64,000 bases of DNA from Bdellovibrionales bacterium (GTDB lineage: Bacteria; Bdellovibrionota; Bdellovibrionia; Bdellovibrionales; Bdellovibrionaceae). A program made the translations under genes and the position numbers. Below, piece after piece: positions 1 through 9,566 of this stretch. Every line of letters starts with the position of its first letter. The first letter of the stretch is position 1. The stretch is from contig JANMPT010000097.1 in the NCBI GenBank assembly GCA_031370005.1, positions 83,925 through 147,924 on the forward strand. The letters are read 5' to 3'. A model generated the notes under the pieces. The model was given only the letters and a program-made list of their open reading frames with translations. It did not search any database and had not been told where the DNA came from.

Positions 1-46
1 TATCTACCCCACCACTCATCGCTACGAGGACTCGACCTTTAGACAT
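1..46 (-). CDS. mnmA: tRNA 2-thiouridine(34) synthase MnmA, N-terminal fragment (runs off the window)
   Basis: Reverse strand from ATG at 46 reads MSKGRVLVAMSGGVD (PP-loop SGGVD of MnmA); overlaps the end of the cysteine desulfurase gene. Confidence 0.8.
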   Translation of the reverse strand, partial: MSKGRVLVAMSGGVD

Positions 47-1259
47 TTCTACTCACCTCTGACCCGGTCTCTATAGAGCGGAGTCTCTCTACAACTGACT
101 TTAATGTTTCTACAAATTCGTCAACTTGTCCTTGGGTATTTGACCACCCAAGGCTGAGGCGTAAACTGCTCTGAGCCTCGTCGCGACTCAGCCCCATTGC
201 GAGCAATACGGGGCTTGGTTCTGGATTCCCACTGCTACAGGCTGCACCTGTGCTTACTGCATAACCTTTAATATCAAGACTCATTAACAAAGTCTCGCCG
301 TCCACGCCATCAATGACGAGACTTGAAGTATTTGATAGACGAGCCGTTTCGACCGCAGTGATTGCAACCCCTCTGATCTCCCCAAGAATCCGTTTTTCCA
401 TATAATCACGAAGATTTTCAATCTCTCTAGCACGATGTTCTACCTTTGAAAGCTTCTCAGACATGACCCCTAGGCAAGCAATTCCAAGAACATTTTCAGT
501 CCCACCACGGCGATGTCGTTCTTGTCCGCCACCATGAATCAACGACGTAAAATAAGCATTCTTCCTAGCGAAAAAAAAACCGACACCTTTAATTGAGTAA
601 AACTTGTGACCAGAAAAAGATGCGAAATCCACATCTAGTTCTGCAAGATTCACTGGTATTTTCCCAAAAGCCTGAACTGAATCCGTGTGAAAAAGCGCGC
701 CTTGAGCGTGAGCCATCTTAGCCATTTTCTGAATAGGAAAAATGGTGCCAGTTTCATTATTAGCATACATCACAGAAACCAAAGCAGTCTCTGCGCACAA
801 GTGCTCTTGGTAAAACTCAAGATCAATTTCACCCTTACGATTCACAGGAATATAATCCACACGTGCGCCCAAAGACTTCAAGTGAGCCATGGTTTTGATC
901 ACGCTGGGATGCTCAACCTCAGAACACATATAGTGCTCACGATAAATATGCTCAGGTTTTGTCGTCCGAAGGACTTGATAATAATCAAAAAGACCCTTGA
1001 TAATAGTGTTATTCGACTCAGAACCACCAGAGGTAAAAACAATTTCCAAAGGACTACAAACTAGATTTTTTGCAAGACTTTGACGAGTATCGCGAAGGAT
1101 ATTTTTAGGCTGTCGACCTGCCCAGTGTATCGAACTAGGATTTCCCCAAGCTTGCAAAAAAATCGGAACCGCTTGAATCACATCTTCACTCACGGGAGTC
1201 GTGGCATTATGATCAAAATAATTCGATTTTAGTGAATAATAATTACGAATATCACCCAT
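39..1259 (-). CDS. iscS: Cysteine desulfurase (IscS/NifS family)
   Basis: YFDHNATTP, FTSGGSESNN, SGHK PLP-lysine and STGAACSS catalytic Cys motifs; start uncertain (1259 or 1301). Confidence 0.93.
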   Translation of the reverse strand: MGDIRNYYSLKSNYFDHNATTPVSEDVIQAVPIFLQAWGNPSSIHWAGRQPKNILRDTRQSLAKNLVCSPLEIVFTSGGSESNNTIIKGLFDYYQVLRTTKPEHIYREHYMCSEVEHPSVIKTMAHLKSLGARVDYIPVNRKGEIDLEFYQEHLCAETALVSVMYANNETGTIFPIQKMAKMAHAQGALFHTDSVQAFGKIPVNLAELDVDFASFSGHKFYSIKGVGFFFARKNAYFTSLIHGGGQERHRRGGTENVLGIACLGVMSEKLSKVEHRAREIENLRDYMEKRILGEIRGVAITAVETARLSNTSSLVIDGVDGETLLMSLDIKGYAVSTGAACSSGNPEPSPVLLAMGLSRDEAQSSLRLSLGWSNTQGQVDEFVETLKSVVERLRSIETGSEVSRNV

Positions 1260-1362
1260 AGAGTGCCGCACCTTATCACAAGGTAAAATTCCTGAAAACA
1301 TTTAAGATACTAATAATTTACAGCAAGTGTAATTAACTCTAGCAAGCCCTTTGAGTGCCTTT

Positions 1363-1379
1363 TGTCTCAATTTGAGGCA
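1363..1379. promoter_or_regulatory. Palindrome TGTCTCA-ATT-TGAGGCA (recurring TCTCA-N3-TGAGA motif)
   Basis: Near-perfect inverted repeat in a divergent intergenic region; similar copies at 11177, 22518 and 59167. Confidence 0.45.
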
Positions 1380-1451
1380 GTAAAAAATACAGGCCCAAGC
1401 ATTTAACAAACAAAACTAGACCCTGCAAACAGTGTCTTTAATGAAAAAGTC

Positions 1452-1480
1452 TTAAGGAAGTTACTCACTTAGACCGATAT
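1452..1480 (+). promoter_or_regulatory. Putative sigma28 (FliA)-type promoter
   Basis: TTAAG-N16-ACCGATAT; the -10 element ends 7 nt before ATG 1488. Confidence 0.55.
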
Positions 1481-1487
1481 AGTAGCT

Positions 1488-2708
1488 ATGGCAAAAGTTG
1501 ATTGGCAGGAACATTTCAGGACTTCGATTAAAAATGCCGAAGGACTTTATTCTAAGGATACTACCAATATTTCCTTTTTACACTTCTGTTTACGTTCAAA
1601 AGTGATTCCAGCTGATGCTTACCTCGATTGGGCCAAAGAAAACTATCAACTTCCGGTTCTCTCTGAAAATTACTTCAAAACCCATAAGCCGCAACAAGAA
1701 TTTTATAGTAAATGGCAGAAAACCTACCCTTGGTCAGCAGAATGTTTACCAATTGCAGAGTGGGATGGTGCCTTGATTGTCGCCTGCTTACAGCTGCCAG
1801 ACGACTATAAGCATACTCAGGCTGCAGTTTTTGTTCTGACCTCTCATGAAGTTTTGGATAACTCCTGGAACATTTATCAGAAATCATCTCAGACAAGTGA
1901 AACTGATTTCATGGACATAACAAAACTTGCTGCCACACTTACCACAATTTCTGATGATACAAACTTCTTTGATGCTGATGGCAAGCTGGTCTTAGAAGAT
2001 ACTCCGCCGAAGGAGGAGGCCTCTGAAACTACAATTGATGAGATTGAAGATGAAGAGAACTCTCCGGATGGACTTCTTGGCGATATCTCAGAGCAAAAAA
2101 TGGGACCGCGCAGTGTTGAGCCTATAACAACTGCTAAAATGGAGTTTGAGGATGAGAAAACCACCATCGATACCAATCCTCCACTAGCTCCTGTGAAAGC
2201 AACAATGAGTACTAATAATATGGCAGCCTACTTGATCGAAAAAATTCGTAAGCAGGGCCAGGATCTATTTGATAAAGAGGTTTTAGCTAGCCTTCAGTTA
2301 CTAAAAACCTTCTTTAAAAAGTCAATGCTTCTTGCTATTGGCGACAAGGATCAACTGATTAAACCTATTCTTTGGGATAATAGTTTTAATATTCAAAAAC
2401 CACAAACTACAGAGTTCAATTTGAAAGCTCCGAGTATTTTCAAAATCGTGAGTAATACACAGAAACCCTACCATGGCTTTGTAGTTTTAAATGATATAAA
2501 TGAAGCATTCTTTGAATCTTGGAGCCAAGGCCAAATCCCCAATCACGTGACCATTGTTCCTGTTTTGGATGGGGATTTATTAGTGGGCATGTTGATGGGT
2601 TTTGGCGAAAAATCAAGCTACAATAAAAATGTTCTGCAATTCACCGAAAATGTTGCAAAAGAGCTTTCACAAAAAATATTTAAAAACTCAAACACAAAAG
2701 CAGCTTAA
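1488..2708 (+). CDS. Hypothetical protein: GspE/PilB N-terminal-like domain, acidic linker, GAF-like C-terminal domain
   Basis: 406-aa ORF; N-terminal CLPIAEWDGALIVAC resembles T2SSE_N; D/E-rich middle; C-terminal VTIVPVLDGDLLVGMLMG is GAF-like. Confidence 0.55.
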   Translation: MAKVDWQEHFRTSIKNAEGLYSKDTTNISFLHFCLRSKVIPADAYLDWAKENYQLPVLSENYFKTHKPQQEFYSKWQKTYPWSAECLPIAEWDGALIVACLQLPDDYKHTQAAVFVLTSHEVLDNSWNIYQKSSQTSETDFMDITKLAATLTTISDDTNFFDADGKLVLEDTPPKEEASETTIDEIEDEENSPDGLLGDISEQKMGPRSVEPITTAKMEFEDEKTTIDTNPPLAPVKATMSTNNMAAYLIEKIRKQGQDLFDKEVLASLQLLKTFFKKSMLLAIGDKDQLIKPILWDNSFNIQKPQTTEFNLKAPSIFKIVSNTQKPYHGFVVLNDINEAFFESWSQGQIPNHVTIVPVLDGDLLVGMLMGFGEKSSYNKNVLQFTENVAKELSQKIFKNSNTKAA

Positions 2709-3157
2709 GCTTCAATGAGCACTGTGATTTGGCGCTCATTGGGATTCGCTAATTTTTCAATTTGTATCTTTATTTTCTGCCAATTCAAGGGTAACAAGTC
2801 CTGATTTAAACGATCTGCCCATTCAATAACGATTAGGCCTTTTTTAACTCCAAAAAGATCCCAAAATCCAGTGCTCTCTAAATCGTCTTCGCTTTCTAAA
2901 CGATATATATCAACGTGGTCCATAATAACATCTCTATTTTGATAGTGATGATGAATTGCAAAAGATGGCGAAGCCGTTTCCAGAATGCCGAGACTATGTG
3001 CGAGAACCTTTACAAACTCGGTCTTGCCCGCCCCCACAGATCCTTCAAGAAGCAAGAGTGTGCGCTCTTTAAAAAGCTTAAGAATAATAAGAACTACAGG
3101 TTCAAGATCCTTAGGGGAAGTTGTTTTAAATTGCTTAAAGACTATAAAATCATTCAC
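2705..3157 (-). CDS. tsaE: tRNA threonylcarbamoyladenosine biosynthesis ATPase TsaE
   Basis: GSVGAGKT P-loop, SPSF, HVDIYRL and IEW motifs. Confidence 0.93.
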   Translation of the reverse strand: MNDFIVFKQFKTTSPKDLEPVVLIILKLFKERTLLLLEGSVGAGKTEFVKVLAHSLGILETASPSFAIHHHYQNRDVIMDHVDIYRLESEDDLESTGFWDLFGVKKGLIVIEWADRLNQDLLPLNWQKIKIQIEKLANPNERQITVLIEA

Positions 3158-3161
3158 AAGA

Positions 3162-3893
3162 CTAAGATCCTTTAAGGATTTTTTTCATTCTGCGGACAGA
3201 ATTCTCTAAACCGTCCTCCAAAGCATAGCAGATCAAAGAATGACCAATGTTTACCTCACGAAGAAAAGGTATTTCTTTAATCAAGTGAGCATGATGGTAA
3301 TCCAAACCATGCCCTGCATGCACGCCTAAGCCATATGCATGAGCCAGATGAGCCGCATTTATGAGTCGCTCCCACTCTTTTTTCTTTTTAGAGCCATTTA
3401 ATAAAACCCAGCTTCCAGTGTGAAACTCAACAGCATCTGCACCGATCTCATAACTTGCTTCTACTTGTTCAAGTGATGGTTCAATAAACATCGAGATTTC
3501 AATGCCACGCATCTGTAGTTTTTCAATCAAGGGCTTCATCTTACGGAAAGCTTTCACTACATTCAGTCCGCCTTCTGTGGTCAACTCAGCACGCCTTTCA
3601 GGAACAAAGCAAACCCACTCTGGCTTATATTTCTTCGCTAAGCGAACCATTTCGTCAGTGGCAGCCATTTCTAAATTTAAAGACACAGGACACTTTTTAG
3701 AAAGTAATATGAGGTCCTGAAGCTGAATATGACGACGGTCCTCCCGCAAATGAATGGTGATTTGTTCGGCTCCACCTTTTACTGATTTTTTAACCATTTC
3801 TAAAAGATTTGGATAAGATGTTGTGCCTCCACGAATTTGACGTAAAGTTGCAACATGATCGACATTCACACCAAGACGAATTTGATTTTTCAT
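3162..3893 (-). CDS. pdxJ: Pyridoxine 5'-phosphate synthase
   Basis: LGVNVDHVATLRQ, HLREDRRHI, ELTTEGGL, HAGHGL and NIGHS motifs. Confidence 0.97.
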   Translation of the reverse strand: MKNQIRLGVNVDHVATLRQIRGGTTSYPNLLEMVKKSVKGGAEQITIHLREDRRHIQLQDLILLSKKCPVSLNLEMAATDEMVRLAKKYKPEWVCFVPERRAELTTEGGLNVVKAFRKMKPLIEKLQMRGIEISMFIEPSLEQVEASYEIGADAVEFHTGSWVLLNGSKKKKEWERLINAAHLAHAYGLGVHAGHGLDYHHAHLIKEIPFLREVNIGHSLICYALEDGLENSVRRMKKILKGS

Positions 3894-3923
3894 TTAAAGG
3901 ACTCCCTAAGCAATTGCTACCAA

Positions 3924-5300
3924 CTAGCTGAGTTCTTTTTCCAAAAACTGTGCTATCTGTTCAGCATACTCAGTGATTTTGATTTTACTCGGCCCCTCAA
4001 CCAGGATTCTTAAAAGTGGTTCCGTTCCAGAATAACGAACAAACAAGCGTCCATCTCCATTTAATTTTTTTTCAATCTTCTCAATAAGCTCCGCATATCC
4101 TTTAATTTCAGTAAGTTCAATGCGCTTTTTCACACGGCAGTTGATAAGTATCTGAGGAACATCTTCAATAACTTTATTAAGCTCGCTAGCTTTTTTTCCA
4201 GTTTGTTTCATCACACCTAAAACACTTAAAGCTGCTATACAACCGTCTCCGGTTGTTGATGAGTCCAAAAAGATAATATGGCCAGACTGTTCGCCGCCAA
4301 GGTTATAACCATGCTTTCTCATCTCTTCCACTACGAATTTATCACCAACTCCGACCTTCACAACTTTGATACCTTGTTCACTCATCTTTTTTTCAAGTCC
4401 GAAGTTACTCATTTGCGTTGCCACGAGAGTGTTTTTTTTAAGCAAGCCATTTTGTTTCATTTGTAGAGCACAGATTGCAAGTATATGATCGCCATTCATT
4501 ACTTGGCCTTTTTCATCGACCATGATCACGCGATCCGCGTCCCCATCAAGACTAATTCCTACATCCGCACGATATTGGACCACGGCTTCTGCAAGTTTTG
4601 CTGGATATAGAGCTCCTACTTTGTCATTGATGTTAATCCCATTGGGCTCGTCACCCAATTGAATCACCTCAGCACCAAGCTCAGAAAAAACCGCTGGGGC
4701 TACTTTATAAGCTGCCCCGTGGGCCGTATCAAGAACTATGCGAACTCCATCAAGAGTGTATTCCAGGGGAAAAGTGGATTTTACATATACAATATAACGC
4801 CCTTGAGCATCCTCAATGCGTTTTGTTCGACCAACTTCACGAGAGTGTGGAAGAAAGCGAGTTAACTCCTCGTTTAAGACCAAATGTTCAATTTCTCGCT
4901 CCATATCATCAAGAATTTTAAAACCATCAGCTCCAAAAATTTTAATTCCATTATCTTGAAAAGCGTTGTGAGAAGCTGAAATAACGATTCCGGCATCCGC
5001 ACGCATGGTACGAGTAAGATAACCAATTCCTGGAGTTGGAAGAGGCCCCACCAGTTGAACATGAACTCCCATTGAATTGAGTCCTGAAGATAAAGCTTGT
5101 TCGATCATATACCCAGAAAGTCTAGTATCTTTACCGATTACGACTTTACGAATAGAAGAAGCCCCTGGACGAGCTTGCTTTTGCAAAAGATAACCAATAG
5201 CTTGGCCCACTTTAAGCACAATATCAGGAGTCATGGGAAACTGGTTAGCAGTTCCACGGATTCCATCTGTTCCAAATAAACGAGTTGATTTGTCTGACAT
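3924..5300 (-). CDS. glmM: Phosphoglucosamine mutase
   Basis: FGTDGIRG, ISASHN, DGDADR, GGEQSGH and RYSGTEP motifs. Confidence 0.97.
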   Translation of the reverse strand: MSDKSTRLFGTDGIRGTANQFPMTPDIVLKVGQAIGYLLQKQARPGASSIRKVVIGKDTRLSGYMIEQALSSGLNSMGVHVQLVGPLPTPGIGYLTRTMRADAGIVISASHNAFQDNGIKIFGADGFKILDDMEREIEHLVLNEELTRFLPHSREVGRTKRIEDAQGRYIVYVKSTFPLEYTLDGVRIVLDTAHGAAYKVAPAVFSELGAEVIQLGDEPNGININDKVGALYPAKLAEAVVQYRADVGISLDGDADRVIMVDEKGQVMNGDHILAICALQMKQNGLLKKNTLVATQMSNFGLEKKMSEQGIKVVKVGVGDKFVVEEMRKHGYNLGGEQSGHIIFLDSSTTGDGCIAALSVLGVMKQTGKKASELNKVIEDVPQILINCRVKKRIELTEIKGYAELIEKIEKKLNGDGRLFVRYSGTEPLLRILVEGPSKIKITEYAEQIAQFLEKELS

Positions 5301-5308
5301 TATATTTC

Positions 5309-5752
5309 CTACTTAGCTTTAGCAGGATCGGTGTTTTTATTCACTGCTTTTGGTTCAAGTTTATTGGCTACTTCAGCTCTTATCACATTTGGACGTACTC
5401 CTAAAACACGTACTCCCATAGGGATTTCGATCTTATTGAGGGGTACATCAACGTCTAAGACCCCTTCACCTCGCCCAGAAATGTCGATAAGAATACTCTG
5501 AGTCTGTGGATTGTCCATAAATTTCTTAAGAGCTTCACGCGGCCCAGAAACTTTCACACGGATATTGTCCGCCGTCTGAGCCACTACAACTTGTTTCGGG
5601 CCGACCTGTAACTCAATATCTATTTTTTTGCTCAGAACAAAATCACGACGCCCTAAAATGGTTAGCCACAGAATCAATGAAATGAATAATGCAACCATCT
5701 TGTAGTTAAAGTTCTCTGTTATATAGGAGCTCCATTGCTTTTTCATTATCAC
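5309..5752 (-). CDS. cdaR: CdaR/YbbR-like regulator of diadenylate cyclase (short form)
   Basis: N-terminal TM helix (KMVALFISLILW) followed by one YbbR-like domain; lies between cdaA and glmM. Confidence 0.75.
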   Translation of the reverse strand: MIMKKQWSSYITENFNYKMVALFISLILWLTILGRRDFVLSKKIDIELQVGPKQVVVAQTADNIRVKVSGPREALKKFMDNPQTQSILIDISGRGEGVLDVDVPLNKIEIPMGVRVLGVRPNVIRAEVANKLEPKAVNKNTDPAKAK

Positions 5753-6561
5753 GGAACAGCCTCCCCTTGCTGGAAAGCTTTGTACTTTAAGCCATAAGTT
5801 TCATAAAGGATTTTTCGAATATCGCCTAACTCAGCATTCGCAGTTAAATGCCCTCCCTGAACAATACCAATGGACTTATTTTCCTCGCTCACAACAAAAA
5901 CCAAAGCATCAGTTTCTTCAGTCAGCCCAATGGCGGCACGATGACGTGTTCCTAGATTTTTATCTAAAGCTGGGTTTTTACTAAGTGGTAAAAAGCAGCC
6001 TGCTGAGTGTATTTTTCCGCTCCGAACTAGCAATGCACCGTCATGCATAGGACCTGTTGGATGAAAAATAGAAGTAATAAGCTCGGCCGAAACCTTTGCG
6101 TCGATCTCAGTTCCAAATTCAATATGGTAATCAATTAAAATTTCACGCTCAACCACGATCAAGGCTCCATAACCCTTTTGTGCAGTCGCAATAATTCCCT
6201 TCGCTATTTCTTCAATTACATGAGTTTCCTGAGCTAATGAAACATCCGTGAAAAAGGGATTACTTCCAATATGAGCTAGAGCTCTACGAATCTCACCCTG
6301 GAATAAGATAACTACGATCACAAATAAATTTGAAAAGAATTTTTCTAAAATCCAATTGAATGTAAAAAGTTCGAGCCAAATACTTAGAATATAGCCGATA
6401 GCCAGGACACCTAAGCCCGAAAGCATCTGGATAGTCCCTGTTCGCTTGATCAGAACTAAAACACGATACACCACCATCCAAACCAAGATCATATCTATTA
6501 AATCTTGGATTCGGAGATGGGATACTATGAATACTAAATTATCTAAAAATTGTTGAAACAC
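5749..6561 (-). CDS. cdaA: Diadenylate cyclase CdaA/DacA
   Basis: Three N-terminal TM helices, FQGEIRRAL, HDGA and GTRHRAA DAC motifs. Confidence 0.95.
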   Translation of the reverse strand: MFQQFLDNLVFIVSHLRIQDLIDMILVWMVVYRVLVLIKRTGTIQMLSGLGVLAIGYILSIWLELFTFNWILEKFFSNLFVIVVILFQGEIRRALAHIGSNPFFTDVSLAQETHVIEEIAKGIIATAQKGYGALIVVEREILIDYHIEFGTEIDAKVSAELITSIFHPTGPMHDGALLVRSGKIHSAGCFLPLSKNPALDKNLGTRHRAAIGLTEETDALVFVVSEENKSIGIVQGGHLTANAELGDIRKILYETYGLKYKAFQQGEAVP

Positions 6562-6584
6562 TCTCTAACACTAGCACTAGTTAT

Positions 6585-8540
6585 TTAGATTGTCACAGGG
6601 CCAGAATTACCCATTGGATCTCCGGCTGGTTTCTTATCCGTAGAAGCTAAACCGGCAGTAACACCTAGACCACCGCCGCCTTTTTTGTTGGCGCGGACTT
6701 TTTCAATTTCACCAATAGAAGCTCCATTGATTAGCATCGAAACCTCATGACCATCGATAGTTTCATACTCAATTAGTGCTTGAGATAAACGATCTAAAGA
6801 TTCTCTATTCTCAGTTAGAATCTTTAGCGCTTTTTTGTAGCCCTCGCCAATAATACGAGAAACTTCGTGGTCAATTTCTTCAGCCTTCGACTCAGAATAA
6901 TCCTTTGTTTTCTGGCCATATTGCATACCCAAAAAGACAGGTCCTTCGCCTTTTTCATAAGCCAAAGGTCCAAGCTTCTCACTCATTCCCCATTCACAAA
7001 CCATGCGTCTAGCAATGGCTGTTGCGCGCTCAATATCATTGGCAGCACCCGCCGTCACATCTTTATAAATTAATTCTTCAGCTGCGCGTCCACCAAACGC
7101 AAAGGCAATCCAGTTCTCAGCCTGAGATTTAGAGAAACTGACAGAGTCTTTCTCTGGCAGCGTTTGAGTTAAGCCCAAGGCCATGCCACGAGGAATGATT
7201 GTCACTTTGTGGATTGGATCCAGTCCAGGGATCAAGCATCCGACAAGGGTATGGCCTGCTTCATGATAGGCCGTCATTTTCTTATCCTCATCTGAAATCA
7301 CCATGGATTTTCTTTCAGCACCCATCAAGACTCTATCTTTGGCTTTTTCAAAATCTTCCATCTCGAGATATTTTTTATCAGTGCGAGCAGCCACCAAGGC
7401 AGCTTCGTTCACAAGATTTTCTAAATCGGCACCAGAAAATCCAGGAGTCCCACGAGCGATTTTCGAAGTATCCACATCAGGTCCTAAGGGAGTCTTCTTC
7501 ATGTGAACGCCAAGGATTTGTTCACGACCTTTAAGATCTGGTTTATTCACTACCACGCGGCGATCAAAACGACCAGGACGCAACAATGCTGGATCCAAAA
7601 CATCTGGACGATTGGTTGCAGCAATCAGAATAACGCCTTCGTTGGACTCAAAACCATCCATTTCAACGAGCAGCTGATTGAGGGTTTGTTCACGTTCATC
7701 GTGCCCTCCACCCATGCCTGCACCGCGATGGCGTCCCACTGCATCGATCTCATCAATAAAGATTAAACATGGGGCATTCTTCTTGCCTTGTTCGAATAAA
7801 TCACGAACGCGACTGGCGCCCACGCCGACGAACATCTCAACAAAGTCAGAACCAGAAATTGTAAAGAATGGCACTCCAGCTTCACCGGCCACAGCTCTGG
7901 CAAGTAAAGTTTTACCGGTTCCGGGAGAACCCACAAGCAAAACCCCCTTGGGAATATGTCCACCAAGTTTAGTATATTTTTTTGGGTCCTTAAGGAAACT
8001 CACGATTTCTTGAAGATCATCTTTTGCTTCGTCAACGCCCGCAACTTCTTTAAAGGTCACGCGATTTTTATGTTCTGTCAGCATTCGCGCACGGCTTTTA
8101 CCAAAAGACATTGCCTTACCGCCTCCGGCTTGAATCTGCCTCATAATAAAAAAGAAAAGGCCCACAATCAAAAGTAGTGGCAACCAGTTTACTAAAAAAG
8201 ACTGAAGGAAGTTATTAGTATCCGCTCTTTCGTAATTTGGAGTGATACCATTTGCAACAAAGAACTTATAACCCTCATCTTGAGTATTACCTACAATGCT
8301 GAATTTTGTGGCACCATTATATTTTTTAGCAAAATCAGGTTTGACCTCGCCCAAAATCTCACTGGTCTCCTGACGAAATGTAATATCAGAAATTTCCCCA
8401 GCCTTGACCGCATCTACCAACTTTGAATAGGTAAAATCAGGAATTGTTTTCTGATGCTTATTTTCATAAGCGTGAAAGAAAAAAACCACCATGATAATCA
8501 GAAAAAACCACAGGGCCAAAGTCTTTTGAGTCGATCGCAT
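6585..8540 (-). CDS. ftsH: ATP-dependent zinc metalloprotease FtsH
   Basis: Two TM helices, [18 protein letters not shown], second region of homology, HEAGH. Confidence 0.98.
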   Translation of the reverse strand: MRSTQKTLALWFFLIIMVVFFFHAYENKHQKTIPDFTYSKLVDAVKAGEISDITFRQETSEILGEVKPDFAKKYNGATKFSIVGNTQDEGYKFFVANGITPNYERADTNNFLQSFLVNWLPLLLIVGLFFFIMRQIQAGGGKAMSFGKSRARMLTEHKNRVTFKEVAGVDEAKDDLQEIVSFLKDPKKYTKLGGHIPKGVLLVGSPGTGKTLLARAVAGEAGVPFFTISGSDFVEMFVGVGASRVRDLFEQGKKNAPCLIFIDEIDAVGRHRGAGMGGGHDEREQTLNQLLVEMDGFESNEGVILIAATNRPDVLDPALLRPGRFDRRVVVNKPDLKGREQILGVHMKKTPLGPDVDTSKIARGTPGFSGADLENLVNEAALVAARTDKKYLEMEDFEKAKDRVLMGAERKSMVISDEDKKMTAYHEAGHTLVGCLIPGLDPIHKVTIIPRGMALGLTQTLPEKDSVSFSKSQAENWIAFAFGGRAAEELIYKDVTAGAANDIERATAIARRMVCEWGMSEKLGPLAYEKGEGPVFLGMQYGQKTKDYSESKAEEIDHEVSRIIGEGYKKALKILTENRESLDRLSQALIEYETIDGHEVSMLINGASIGEIEKVRANKKGGGGLGVTAGLASTDKKPAGDPMGNSGPVTI

Positions 8541-8632
8541 ACTTTCTCCTTCTTGAGAAATACCTTAAAAGCCTAACACGGAAGATTTATGGTCACAAGC
8601 CTGCCAGCGCTTTATGGTAATTTACGACAAAT

Positions 8633-9565
8633 CTATTCTGATTTCTGGACCAGAATTTGCTGTGCGTTAACTAGCCAATTAGCACCACCGATTCTAAAGG
8701 TGAGTTCTTTTTGTGAATTGTCCAGTCGCTTTTGAATTTCTTCGAGTAGTGATTGAGAAAAATTCTGCTGCTGAAACCCCAGCAAATACTGCGCAAGAGC
8801 CTGCTTTTGTTGGGCTTTAGACAAAGCTAAATAATGGGGTCTTGAAAGATAGTTATCTTTAAAAACCTCTAGCGGAAGTGAACATTCCTCGAAGGTTTCA
8901 ACTAGAATCTCAAGGGAGCGCGCCAAACTGTTTACGGCTCCTTTTTGGCGATTTTCTAGATCAGCAAGCCAAGACTGGCGGAGCCAGTTTCTAAGTGGCT
9001 TGAGGTCATTGTTTGTTGGGTCCTGAACAGCTTCAAGCGAAAATTCCTTAAGGTAGTCTTTTAAATCATTTTTTGAAATTTTTAAAAACGGACGAAAACA
9101 TTCTGCCTGCAGAACTTTCATCGCCATGAGCCCTTGAGGACCTGTGCCGCGGATCAGTCTCAATAAACGAGTTTCTAATAAGTCCTCTCTATGATGTGCT
9201 AAAGCAAGCACATCAGCCATTATTTGCAATCTCACCTCTGTTAATGAGCCACGACGAAAATCTCGTAGCTCAGCTTCAGAGTTCAGCACAGCTCCTAGAT
9301 TCTTTCTATTGTAAAACGGAATCTCGTGAATTTCACAAAACTTGCGACAAAAGCTTTCAGCATGATCGCGATATTCTTCATCCCCGCCAGTACCATGATG
9401 AACGTAACAAGCATATATACCTGTTTTTTTTACGCGATGAAGTGACCATAAAAGAGATAAAGAATCCACCCCTCCTGAAAAACCAACAAGTATTTTCTGA
9501 TCTAAAAGACTATTTTCTTTTAATTCTTTCCACAGGTGATGCTCAAGTGCTAGCCAATTATTCAA
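8633..9565 (-). CDS. tilS: tRNA(Ile)-lysidine synthase
   Basis: SGGVDS, AHHREDLLET, RPFL, DPTN...RNWLR; upstream of ftsH; probable TTG start at 9565 just after the ALDH stop. Confidence 0.88.
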   Translation of the reverse strand: MNNWLALEHHLWKELKENSLLDQKILVGFSGGVDSLSLLWSLHRVKKTGIYACYVHHGTGGDEEYRDHAESFCRKFCEIHEIPFYNRKNLGAVLNSEAELRDFRRGSLTEVRLQIMADVLALAHHREDLLETRLLRLIRGTGPQGLMAMKVLQAECFRPFLKISKNDLKDYLKEFSLEAVQDPTNNDLKPLRNWLRQSWLADLENRQKGAVNSLARSLEILVETFEECSLPLEVFKDNYLSRPHYLALSKAQQKQALAQYLLGFQQQNFSQSLLEEIQKRLDNSQKELTFRIGGANWLVNAQQILVQKSE

Positions 9566-9566
9566 A

